This document shows positions 1 through 11,524 of a DNA stretch of 22,113 bases, in pieces. The notes under the pieces are model-generated. The model had not been told where the DNA came from and did not search any database. It was given only the letters and a program-made list of their open reading frames with translations. The position numbers and the translations under genes were made by a program. Each line of letters opens with the position of its first letter. Position 1 is the first letter of the stretch. This stretch comes from Tubiluchus corallicola (lineage: Eukaryota > Animalia > Priapulida), in NCBI GenBank assembly GCA_030141605.1, contig JAQGDQ010001891.1:1-22113 (forward strand), written 5' to 3'.

Positions 1-771
1 TACTGAACTCCACACTCCACACATTCCGCACACGCTCGGTTTACTGAACTCCACACTCTGTATGTTCTGCCCACCCTCCATGTACTGAACTCCACACTTT
101 GCACATTCCACACACACTCCATGTACTGAACTCCACACTCTGCACATTCCGCACACACTCCATGTACTGAACTCCACACTCCACACATTCCGCACACACT
201 CGTTGAACTGAACTCCACACATTCCGCACACTTCCGTGTACTGAACTCCACACTCCACACATTCCGCACACACTCGTTGAACTGAACTCTGCACATTCCG
301 CACAGGCTCGGTTTACTGAACTGCACACTTTGCACATTCCGCACACGCTCGGTTTACTGAACTCCACACTCCACACATTCCGCACACGCTCGGTTTACTG
401 AACTCCACACTCTGTATGTTCTGCCCACCCTCCATGTACTGAACTCCACACTTTGCACATTCCACACACACTCCATGTACTAAACTCCACACTCTGCACA
501 TTCCGCACACACTCCATGTACTGAACTCCACACTCCACACATTCCGCACACACTCGTTGAACTGAACTCCACACATTCCGCACACTTCCGTGTACTGAAC
601 TCCACACTCCACACATTCCGCACACACTCGTTGAACTGAACTCTGCACATTCCGCACAGGCTCGGTTTACTGAACTGCACACTTTGCACATTCCGCACAC
701 GCTCGGTTTACTGAACTCCACACTCCACACATTCCGCACACGCTCGGTTTACTGAACTGCACACTTTGCAC
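1..771. repeat. Minisatellite of about 41-bp variant units with a 354-bp higher-order period; truncated by the window start
   Basis: Core tactgaactccacact...cacattccgcacac; the sequence at 1 recurs at 355 and 709; ORFs 41..385 and 395..739 translate identically. Confidence 0.93.
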
Positions 772-849
772 AATAGTCTTATTTTCGCTCGTCAAATGCA
801 TTCATCATCCTCTCACGGGTTGAATGGATTCACACATGAGCTAAACGTC

Positions 850-913
850 TCAGTTCAGTCCTGTCCTCGCATCACAAGAAGCAATAACAGGTACTAAAGA
901 ACAAATATCTTGC
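850..913 (-). CDS. Probable terminal coding exon: short cytoplasmic tail
   Basis: Acceptor ttttggtttctatgcag|G after a 94-bp intron. Phase-2 join gives (R)QDICSLVPVIASCDARTGLN-stop (TGA 852-850). No domain support; the true tail exon could lie left of the window. Confidence 0.5.
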
Positions 914-1007
914 CTGCATAGAAACCAAAATCTATTGACCCCTTAAGTGACGTCGAATTAAACCACAATTATAACAACAAAGGTTTAAAATTTAGTATAA
1001 TGTTTAC

Positions 1008-1101
1008 CTTCCCTTATCTCTGCAAAACTTGTAAACAACAGCAATGATTATTATTGTGATTAAGTAAAGTAGAATAGCTCCTCCAATAACAGCAAGAAGC
1101 A
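1008..1101 (-). CDS. Coding exon (94 bp, phase 1-2): transmembrane helix and basic stop-transfer
   Basis: Not in the ORF track. Acceptor: T-run then cag|TG at 1102/1101; donor GGA AG|gtaaac. Translates (V)LLAVIGGAILLYLITIIIIAVVYKFCRDKG, in phase with the EGF exon. Confidence 0.9.
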
Positions 1102-1200
1102 CTGAAAAAAACAGATTAAACTGTTATTATAATATTAATTTCACTAAACAAATTAAATTTTTTCTTCTTGTAAATGGCTTGTAAGTGGGGAGCGAATGGA

Positions 1201-1850
<650 letters not shown>

Positions 1851-2040
1851 AATTTGGTAAGGAAAATTACATTAGAAACGTGATAAAATGCACGACAGTT
1901 TAAACTGTAAGGATGTCATGAAGCTTGGACCTATAGCTCACAATACGAAATACATCTTGATTTATTCTAAGCCAAGCTTCATTCTATCACCTAAGTAAGA
2001 ATTCGGCATCAAGAAAATCACTCCTTGGAATGGAAATACA

Positions 2041-2081
2041 CAAACAAACAAACAAACAAACAAACAAACAAACAAACAAAC
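2041..2081. repeat. (CAAA)10 microsatellite abutting an exon
   Basis: Perfect tetranucleotide run; on the minus strand its first unit supplies the GT donor. Confidence 0.97.
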
Positions 2082-2354
2082 CTCTGAGATCATTTTGACA
2101 TCTTTCTCCTGAGAACCAGGTAGAACAATCGCACGTGGGCGTTCCTCCATCAGCCACACAACGTCCATCGTTCAAGCAGTAATTGATGGGACAAACTGGT
2201 GCAATTTCTGTACACACTTCACCTGGGCTCAAGTCTGAGTAGCTACCTGTGTCTTCATATCCTTCAGTGCAATTGCATGAGAACCAAGAATTGTCAGCAA
2301 CACAGTAGGCATTTGCACTGCAGTATGATACTCCTTCTTGACAAGGATCGGTTT
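2082..2354 (-). CDS. Coding exon (273 bp, phase 1-1): two EGF-like domains
   Basis: Acceptor ttcttattttcccacag|AA, donor AGA G|gtttgt. Translates (E)TDPCQEGVSYCSANAYCVADNSWFSCNCTEGYEDTGSYSDLSPGEVCTEIAPVCPINYCLNDGRCVADGGTPTCDCSTWFSGERCQNDLR: 12 Cys in two EGF patterns. Confidence 0.93.
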
Positions 2355-2617
2355 CTGTGGGAAAATAAGAATCAATTTGAGCAAATCGAAGGTAGTCAAA
2401 GAATTTCGAAGCCGCATCATTTTAATGAGTTACAAGAGCTTTAAATACTTAGCTATTAACGATTTGTTTATTTATTAAAACGTTTCTTTTTTTGCTTTAG
2501 AGATTTGTTAAGTAGGTAGTTTCGACAACTGTGCAATCTGCCGTGAGTTGTGAAGTTATAAAGTAATAAAAAAAACTGCAAAATAAAGTGGAACAAGAAG
2601 AAGTAAGTGTTGAATCA

Positions 2618-2806
2618 GTGCTGTTTTAGAAAGAAAATGGAGCATAGGAAAAGTAAGTCCTTGAAACTGTGATGTTTTAGAAAGAAAATGGAGCATAGGA
2701 AAAGTAAGTCCTTGAAACTGTGATGTTTTAGAAAGAAAATGGAGCATAGAAAAAGTAAGTCTTGAAACTGTGATGTTTTAGAAAGAAAATGGAGCATAGA
2801 AAAAGT
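2618..2806. repeat. 51-bp tandem repeat, about 3.7 copies
   Basis: gttttagaaagaaaatggagcatag recurs at 2623, 2674, 2725 and 2775. Confidence 0.93.
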
Positions 2807-3359
2807 CTATGTACCAAAGCAACGAGTCTTAACTACAAGCATCACGTAACGTGTGGGCAAAGCAAAGCCGTTTGCCGCATTAGTTCAGTAACTTCAGTTG
2901 TTTTACGTCGAAATTACTTCACCATGCATTAGTCTGTTCTTAGAGTGATTTAGTAGAAAGATCTTACTTGGGAACAAGAAAAAATGAACTAAGGTTCTAG
3001 CTAGGTGTTAAAAATTGTTACTATTACATCAGCATGGGCTGTGAGGCGTTGTCAAGCGTACACAAATGCATTGTCTGGTACACTTAACCTTTGACCTTTT
3101 CACGATCATCATCATTCGCTGGAACTGTGAAAAGGCTGAATGTTTTTCTTGGCTGTAGAGCTAACCAGATGTGACTTTCTTACCTCGACCTATAGGGATT
3201 GAAGATTTCTGCTTTGAATACGTAAAAAGATTGTACAGTTGAGAAAGAGTTAGAGGAATTAGAGAACAGACTTACATTAGCTGGAAACGTCGTATAAAAT
3301 AGTAACTTGATAGTAATACAAGTATAAGATGCAAGCAAGAAATGGTCTCACATTCTTAC

Positions 3360-3702
3360 CATAAGAACTAACGGTACTCAGTTGATCAGGTTGAGTCAGT
3401 AGTACAGTATTTGCTGACTCAAACGTCTCGTTCTTACTCAGTTCAGTTTCTAGAACATATTCAAGGTCAGTGATGTTGAAGCCACTATCGACGTATGACT
3501 CTTGTTCGAATTTGAAATAAACGTACGACCAGAAACTGTCACTCGATGTTTGCCGTCGTTTACGGATGTGGCGAGTATTTCCGTCGATCGCTTTCATGTT
3601 CATATCCGGTTGAACATTGGTGAAGTAGCTGACGTCAGAGGATATATAAACTACATCCGGGTATTCCAGTTCTATTAGACTAGAAGTTAAACAAGTTTCC
3701 AT
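3360..3702 (-). CDS. Coding exon (343 bp, phase 0-1): C-terminal part of the SEA domain with RHIRKRR furin-type site
   Basis: Acceptor ctgattttctaattttag|ATG, donor TAT G|gtaaga. Part of ORF 3277..3702 (METCLTSS...RHIRKRRQTSSDSFWSYVYFKF...STVSSY). Confidence 0.88.
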
Positions 3703-4092
3703 CTAAAATTAGAAAATCAGCAGTTAAACCACGCGAAAAATTACAATATTAGCACAACATGTACGTGTCGATGACATCTTAGATTCTTGGAAAATTTGAG
3801 CATTTTATTAATTTTGTGCTGACGTGTTATTTTTTATTCTGGTTTTCAAGCCCGGCCAGAATTGCAATGTTTTTAAATTCGTACTGTATAGGTCAACTTT
3901 CATTGCACGTTTAACGAATTGTATAATATACTATTAACAAAGAATTTTTGTAACACTTAATGAGAGTAAGTTCATAATCACTGCATTTTCTTCTTATAGA
4001 TGGCAACAAAATCGCTTATGGTATTGTTAAGATAAAGACAAAAAGACAACATTTATTTGTCATGAAAATTTAATAGAAAAGTGAAACATTGC

Positions 4093-4596
4093 GAGCTTGT
4101 GGCTGAATCTATGAGCTTGTGACTGAATCCACGAGCTTGTGGCTGAATCTATGACCTTGTGGCTGAATCTATGAGCTTGTGGTTGAATCTATGAGCTTGT
4201 GGTTGAATCTACAAGCTTGTGGTTGAATCTACGAGCTTGTGGCTGAAACTATGAGCTTGTGGCTGAATCTATTAGCTTGTGGCTGAATCTATGATCTTGT
4301 GGCTGAATCTGTGAGCCTGTGGCTGAGTCCATGAGCCTGTGGCTGAGTCCATGAGCTTGTGGCTGACTCTATGAGCTTGTGGCTGAATCTATGAGCTCGT
4401 GGCTGAATCTATGTGATTGTGGCTGAATCTATGTGCTTGCAGTTGAATCTATATATTTGCAGTTGAATCTGTGAGCTTGTGGCTGAATCTATGATCTTGT
4501 GGCTGAATCTATGAACTTGTGGCTGAATCTATGTGCTTGCAGTTGAATCTATAAGCTTGTGGTTAAATCCATGAGCTTGTGGCTGAATCTATGAGC
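4093..4596. repeat. 20-bp minisatellite, about 25 units
   Basis: Unit gagcttgtggctgaatctat with point variants. Confidence 0.95.
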
Positions 4597-4800
4597 GAGT
4601 GAGTGAGTGAGTGAGTGAGTGAATGAGTGAGTGAATGAATGAGTGAGTGAGTGAGTGAGTGAGTGAGTGAGTGAGTGAATGAGTGAATGAGTGAGTGAGT
4701 GAGTAAGTGAATGAGTGAGTGAGTGAGTGAGTGAGTGAGTGAGTGAGTGAGTGAGTGAGTGAGTGAGTGAGTGAGTGAGTGAGTGAGTGAGTGAGTGAAT
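4597..4800. repeat. (GAGT)n microsatellite, about 200 bp
   Basis: Imperfect gagt/gaat run ending about 19 bp before the duplication breakpoint. Confidence 0.96.
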
Positions 4801-5346
4801 CATTGTATTTTTTTGCGACCCCAGCTGACACTCGGGAACAGTTTGTATAAAAACGCTGGGTACAAAACATATCAGTAAACTAGCTGTCAGTAAATAGGTC
4901 TATCAGTAAATCAGTAAGTGTGCATTTGAAAAAAAGTTTAGGTAACATTGCGTAAAGTTTGAAAAAATAATCACAGCGTTCGTAGTGCATGCTTCACTAA
5001 CTAAGCAAAAGTATAAATTACTTGATAGTCAATAAGATCAATAATGCGTTTGTTTGTGAGCCAGTGGTGCACACTGGGATGGCGATGCAGTGCCGTTTTC
5101 CCAGTTGGCGAGAATATATTAAATTACCAAGACTTTTCTTTTCTAGTTACACAAGTCTTTCAAACAGGTAATTATAATGCCAAGTAATATAATATAGAAT
5201 GGAACGTTTTTTGGGACACACTTTCAAAAATCATTTCCTCCCCTTTAAACTCTTCACACAAACGTCCAATGATCTGAGCAGTTACCAGACCCCCCACCCC
5301 CCACCCCAGTTTATTCGTAATCTTATTTTTTTGTCGTTTTATTTAC

Positions 5347-5456
5347 CAGTTTTACTATGTCAGCTTCTAGTGACTTGAATTCAGTTGAATCTTCATTCAG
5401 GTATGCATCCTGCCACTGGGCTTCTATAGCTAAGCTTCCATATTCCGTAGCTACAG
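5347..5456 (-). CDS. Coding exon (110 bp, phase 1-0): N-terminal half of the SEA domain, copy 1
   Basis: Not in the ORF track. Acceptor ctttgtcacttttgcag|CT, donor CTG|gtaaat. Translates (A)VATEYGSLAIEAQWQDAYLNEDSTEFKSLEADIVKL, a SEA-type start (W..YLN.DS.EF..L...I..L). It bridges the phase-1 donor at 11525 and the phase-0 acceptor at 3702, which are otherwise incompatible. Confidence 0.88.
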
Positions 5457-5681
5457 CTGCAAAAGTGACAAAGTTGAATTTTCAGTTTTTGGAATCGGAA
5501 ACTTTTAGCTCACGTTTTCTTGAAGATACAAACGTGTTATTATGTTATCACATTAAACACTGCTAAAATTTCTCTTAACCCAATCGTCTGGGAATCCATC
5601 AGCAAAGGCAGTAATACTTCTCAAATCAAACGTTGTAGTGAGGTATTGGACTTCAGTGTATCCAGTAAAAATTACATATAT

Positions 5682-5685
<4 letters not shown>

Positions 5686-5711
<26 letters not shown>
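5686..5711. repeat. (TA)n microsatellite (longer counterpart at about 16389-16422)
   Basis: Perfect TA run whose length differs between the duplicates. Confidence 0.9.
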
Positions 5712-5716
<5 letters not shown>

Positions 5717-6344
5717 TTATTTATTTTAAGTGGATTGACATACAGTAATATTACTGATCGCAGTTTTTCCCCTGTGCATCAAATACATTTTAGCTGAGAA
5801 CAGAAATATGCAACTGGTTATCAAGAATGTAGTTCCATAGATAGTTAGTTCAAAAACACAAGTAATTCATTAGTTAATAATTAAAATTGAAATTACAAAG
5901 CTGAACGTAACTAACCCAATGCGTAGCGTATAAATATCTATGCTTAGTCAGTTACGGAAAAGCAAGCGCTGAGCTAAAGATTATTAATTCTACGAATTAC
6001 ACACCGTATTTTTATAATTGCCACAATCCTCTTAATAAAAAAGTAATGTAGCAGCGTTTAATTCCGTTTATTTGTTGCTATAGTAACCAGTCGCATGGAG
6101 CAGCTGCTGTGTGGCTTTTGACATATTAAGATTATAATTTTTAACATTTATTCAAGAAAAATTGGGTTACATGAAGTTTGCAGGAAACCATTTAAGTATC
6201 GTTTTTTGTCTGTTGAGAAAAGAAAATTCCATGTCGCTCGAAAAGAAATAGATGCCAAAATAGGTTGTTTGTTCGATATAGCAATGTCTTCAGCATAAAT
6301 TTACGATGGATCATCATTTAGCATAGCTATACAGGTTGTGACTT

Positions 6345-8366
6345 GAACATTACTGCATTGATGACTATATTATGTCTTCAATGTACTGCATTGTTAACTA
6401 TGTTACGTCTTCAACGTACTGCATTGTTAACTACGTTACGTCTTCAACGTGCTGCATTGTTAACTACGTTACGTCTTCAACGTACTGCATTGTTAACTAT
6501 GTTACGTCTTCAACGTACTGCATTGTTAATTATGTTACGTCTTCAACGTACTGCATTGTTAACTATGACATGTCTTCAACGTGCTGCATTGTTAACTATG
6601 TTATGTCTTCAACGTGCTGCATTGTTAACTATGTCATGTCTTCAACGTGCTGCATTGTTAACTATGTCATGTCTTCAACGTACTGCATTGTTAATTATGT
6701 TACGTCTTCAACGTACTGCATTGTTAACTATGACATGTCTTCAACGTGCTGCATTGTTAACTATGTCATGTCTTCAACGTGCTGCATTGTTAACCATGTC
6801 ATGTCTTCAACGTACTGCATTGTTAACTATGACATGTCTTCAACGTACTGCATTGTTAATTATGTTACGTCTTCAACGTACTGCATTGTTAACTATGTTA
6901 TGTCTTCAACGTACTGCATTGTTAACTATGTTACGTCTTCAACGTACTGCATTGTTAACTATGTTATGTCTTCAACGTACTGCATTGTTAACTATGTTAT
7001 GTCTTCAACGTGCTGCATTGTTAACTATGTTACGTCTTCAACGTACTGCATTGTTAACTATGTTATGTCTTAAACGTACTGCATTCTTAACTATATTGTG
7101 TCTTTAACGTACTGCATTGTTAACTATGTTATGTCTTCAACGTACTGCATTGTTAACTATGTTACGTCTTCAACGTACTGCATTGTTAACTAAGTTATGT
7201 CTTCAACGTGCTGCATTGTTAACTATGTTATGTCTTCAACGTGCTGCATTGTTAACTATGTTACGTCTTCAACGTACTGCATTGTTAACTATGTTATGTC
7301 TTAAACGTACTGCATTGTTGTCTACGTTACGTCTTCAACGTACTGCATTGTTAACTATATTATGTCTTCAACGTACTGCATTGTTAACTATGTTATGTCT
7401 TCAACATACTGTATTGTTAACTACGTTACGTCTTCAACGTACTGCATTGTTAACTATGTTACGTCTTCAACGTACTGCATTGTTAACTACGTTACGTGTT
7501 CAATGTACTGCATTGTTAACTATGTTACGTCTTCAACGTACTGCATTGTAAACTATATTATGTCTTCCACGTACTGCATTGTTAACTATATTATGTCTTC
7601 AACGTACTACATTGTTAACTACGTTACGTCTTCAACGTACTGCATTGTTAACTATGTTACGTCTTCAACGTACGGCATTGTTAACTACGTTACGTCTTCA
7701 ATGTACTGCATTGTTAACTATATTATGTCTTCAGAGTACTGCATTGTTAACTACGTTACGTCTTCAACGTACTGCATTGTTATCTACGTTATGTCTTCAA
7801 CGTATTGTATTGTTAACTATGTTATGTCGTCAATGTACTGCATTGTTAACTATGTTATGTCTTCAATGTACTGCATTGTTAACTATGTTATGTCTTCAAT
7901 GTACTGCATTGTTAACTACGTTATATCTTCAACGCACTGCATTGTTAACTACGTTACGTCTTCAACGTACTGCATTGTTAACTATATTATGTCTTCAATG
8001 TACTGCATTGTTAACTACGTTACGTCTTCAACGTATTGCATTGTTTACTACGTTACGTCTTCAACGTACTGCATTGTTTACTACGTTACGTCTTCAACGT
8101 ACTGCATCGTTAACTGCGTTACGTCTTCAATGTACTGCATTGTTAACTACGTTACGTCTTCAACGTACTGCATTGTTAACTACAGTTACGTCTTCAACGT
8201 ACTGCATTGTTAACTACATTATGGCTTCAACGTACTGCATTGTTAACTACAGTTACGTCTTCAACGTACTGCATTGTTAACTATACTATGTGTTTAATGT
8301 ACTGCATTGTTAACTACGTTACGTCTTCAACGTACTGCATTCTTAACTATATTATGTCTTTAACGT
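6345..8366. repeat. 33-bp minisatellite, about 61 units (copy 1, intronic)
   Basis: Unit GTCTTCAACGTACTGCATTGTTAACTAYGTTAY; source of the 11-aa-periodic spurious ORFs. Confidence 0.97.
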
Positions 8367-9192
8367 AGCTGAATCATTTGCCATATTGTATCCTCAACGT
8401 AGCTGCATTGCTGGACGTACCTATGCCGTTCATCAGTGCACTACGTTGTTCGACATAGCTAGCTATGTTTTGCAGCCTACACAATTTTGTTCGAATAACA
8501 AGCTCTTTGACGACTTCTATTTTTCTATCCAAATGAAGGCCCTCCTCGTGAGGATTTTTGCCGCATGGTAGAAATGCTGCATCTTCCATTTTCGTGAGGA
8601 ATCCTCGCAGAATTCAAATTAAAATTTAACTACTCAATTACTTCTTTCTTATTTAACGAACAACAATTAACACATTTCAGCATAAAATTATAAGATTTAA
8701 TCTCTTTTTTAACAGACTGACGTTTTCATGTTTTGTTAATGCAACATCGATGCTACATTCGTGAAAAATACAAATAAAGCACTCATATATTTATTTTATA
8801 CATGTAAATTTTCAGATTTTAAAATTGTTAATAGAACTTTACTAAAAAACCAAACAGGTCTGACTAACATTATTAATTGTACTTTGTATATGAGAAATAC
8901 AGCAAGCATAATTTTATTTTGACATGATTATACAGTATAAAACTTGCAAAGTACTTGCAGATAACTGGACGCGTGGAAAAAAACCGCGAAGTTTCACTGT
9001 GAAATGAGCTTAACTTTACATGAATGAAAACTGCGCGAGGATTGGCTGCATATTTACAATAACCTACTGACCGCAGTCCAATTTTTGTGTTGCTCACTTA
9101 AGTAGTGCAAGACTGATTTCATCTACTGAACTGTTTACTTTCATGTTTACCTTTCGGGAGTAACGTAAATTAGAGCGTAAATAATGTTTACC

Positions 9193-11219
9193 GGGGCAAA
9201 ATTCGTTTCAGATTAACACTGAACAGGATCCATGAAATAATGTCACCTCTGTGGAAGAATTGGATAATTTAGACAATAGCAGATTTCTTTTTAAATAATG
9301 TCCTAACAAAAAAGGTGTCCACTATTGGTTTTTTGCTTCTCTTTCAATAAAGAAGTATCCAATAGTTTACCATGGAGACATATGGAGATATATGAAAGCA
9401 CGTGGAGACACATGGAGATATATGAAAGCACGTGGAGATATATGGAGTTATATGAAAGCACGTGGAGATATATGAAAGCACGTGGAGACACATGGAGATA
9501 CACGAAAGCACGTGGAGATATATGGAGTTATATGAAAGCAAGTGGAGACACATGGAGATATATGAAAGCACGTGGAGATATATGGAGTTATATGAAAGCA
9601 AGTGGAGACACATGGAGATTTATGAAAGCACGTGGAGATATATGGAGATATATGAAAGCACGTGGAGACACATGGAGATATATGAAAGCACGTGGAGACA
9701 CATGGAGATTTATGAAAGCACGTGGAGACACATGTAGACATATGAAAGCAAGTGGAGACACATGGAGATATATGAAAGCAAGTGGAGACATATGGAGATA
9801 TATGAAAGCACGTGGAGACACATGGAGATTTATGAAAGCACGTGGAGACACATGTAGACATATGAAAGCAAGTGGAGACACATGGAGATATATGAAAGCA
9901 AGTGGAGACATATGGAGATATATGAAAGCACGTGGAGACACATGGAGATTTATGAAAGCACGTGGAGACACATGGAGATATATGAAAGCAAGTGGAGACA
10001 TATGGAGATATATGAAAGCACGTGAGACACATAACACAACAAAAAAAAACAAACACATGGAGATATATGAAAGCAAGTGGAGACATATGGAGATATATGA
10101 AAGCACGTGGAGACACATGGAGATATATGAAAGCACGTGGAGACACATGGAGATACACGAAAGCACGTGGAGACACGTGGAGATATATGAAAGCACGTGG
10201 AGGCACGTGGAGATATATGAAACCACGTGGAGACATATGGAGATATATGAAGGCACGTGGAGACACATGGAGATATATGAAAGCAAGTGGAGACATATAG
10301 AGATATATGAAAGCACGTGGAGACACGTGGAGATATATGAAAGCATGTGGAGGCACGTGGAGATATATGAAAGCACGTGGAGACATATGGAGATATATGA
10401 AAGCACGTGGAGACACGTGGAGATATATGAAAGCACGTGGAGACACATGGAGATACACGAAAGCACGTGGAGACACGTGGAGATATATGAAAGCACGTGG
10501 AGGCACGTGGAGATATATGAAACCACGTGGAGACATATGGAGATATATGAAGGCACGTGGAGACACATGGAGATATATGAAAGCAAGTGGAGACATATAG
10601 AGATATATGAAAGCACGTGGAGACACGTGGAGATATATGAAAGCATGTGGAGGCACGTGGAGATATATGAAAGCACGTGGAGACATATGGAGATATATGA
10701 AAGCACGTGGAGACACGTGGAGATATATGAAAGCACGTGGAGACACATGGAGATACACGAAAGCACGTGGAGACACGTGGAGATATATGAAAGCACGTGG
10801 AGGCACGTGGAGATATATGAAACCACGTGGAGACATATGGAGATATATGAAGGCACGTGGAGACACATGGAGATATATGAAAGCAAGTGGAGACATATAG
10901 AGATATATGAAAGCACGTGGAGACACGTGGAGATATATGAAAGCATGTGGAGGCACGTGGAGATATATGAAAGCACGTGGAGACATATGGAGATATATGA
11001 AAGCACGTGGAGACACGTGGAGATATATGAAAGCACGTGGAGACACATGGAAATACACGAAAGCACGTGGAGACACATGGAGATATATGAAAGCACGTGG
11101 AGACATATGGAGATATATGAAAGCACGTGGAGACACGTGGAGATATATGAAAGCACGTGGAGACACATGGAGACATATGTGGCTAATTTAATACTGATGT
11201 TTAAAGTTGTAACTGCAAC
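9193..11219 (+). repeat. Block B1 (about 2.03 kb): 180-bp unique head, 30-bp minisatellite (9371-11180, about 60 units), short tail
   Basis: Unit GAGACACATG GAGATATATG AAAGCACGTG; head ggggcaaaattcgtttcag...; tail ggctaatttaatactgatgtttaaagttgtaactgcaac. Confidence 0.95.
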
Positions 11220-11310
11220 GTATTCAAAATTAAACAAATTAACCTCGTAACTGCAACGTATTCAAAATTAAAAACAAATTAACCTCGTAACTGCAACGTA
11301 TTCAAAATTA
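11210..11310. repeat. 38-40-bp tandem repeat, about 2.6 copies (homologous copy at 22024-22113)
   Basis: taactgcaacgtattcaaaatta(aa)aacaaattaacctcg repeated. Confidence 0.85.
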
Positions 11311-11524
11311 ATTTCAGACGTCCGTCTTTTTCCTTTAATGTTTGTTCCGTAAATATTTACACTGCAGTAAAAAATGCAGCATCAATGTAATTTAACAATT
11401 TCATTTCCGAATTATCGAACAAACCGCACAGCTGGCAGCATCTCATTCACCTGAAAACTGTAAGTGGTTTGTCTTCATTACCTCCGGCAGCTGCTGCCAG
11501 GTGAATGTGTGAAAAGGCCCTTAC

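Larger units (their letters stand above)
4819..11301 (+). repeat. Direct segmental duplication, copy 1 (A1+B1+flank)
   Basis: Starts ccccagctgacactcgggaacag at 4819; colinear with 15472..22113 at an offset of about 10.65-10.8 kb. Confidence 0.95.

Noticed and set aside
5357-5566. Plus-strand ORFs 5357..5566, 15979..16194, 2199..2444, 11753..11980 and 12030..12287
   Set aside because: Antisense shadows of the real minus-strand exons.
6343-8280. Cys-rich 11-aa repeat ORFs (SSTYCIVNYVT) and their copies at 17.1-19.1 kb
   Set aside because: Products of the 33-bp minisatellite, antisense within an intron and broken by stops.
6345-8366. CRISPR-like appearance of the 30-41-bp repeat arrays
   Set aside because: Units are head-to-tail with no unique spacers, there are no cas genes, and the context is a spliced eukaryotic gene.
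4820-9195. Segment A as a CCC...GGG-ended DNA transposon (ccccagctgaca versus reverse complement ccccggtaaaca; also cccagc...gctggg at 4820-4860)
   Set aside because: Only 8 of 12 terminal bases match, copy 1 has no TSD, the apparent GC TSD in copy 2 follows trivially from the inverted flanks, and A contains a required exon.
10021-10056. A-rich interruption in B1 and clustered 1-2-bp deletions in B' and B2 (about 14860-15010 and 20970-21015)
   Set aside because: Pattern is typical of low-quality consensus in the middle of long tandem arrays; not interpretable without raw reads.
9325-11250. Long ORFs (up to 641 aa; MEIYESTWRH / MKARGDTWRY repeats) here and at 13.5-15.4 kb and 20-22 kb
   Set aside because: Read-through of a 30-bp unit open in most frames on both strands, with frame-switching indels and no splice or domain support.
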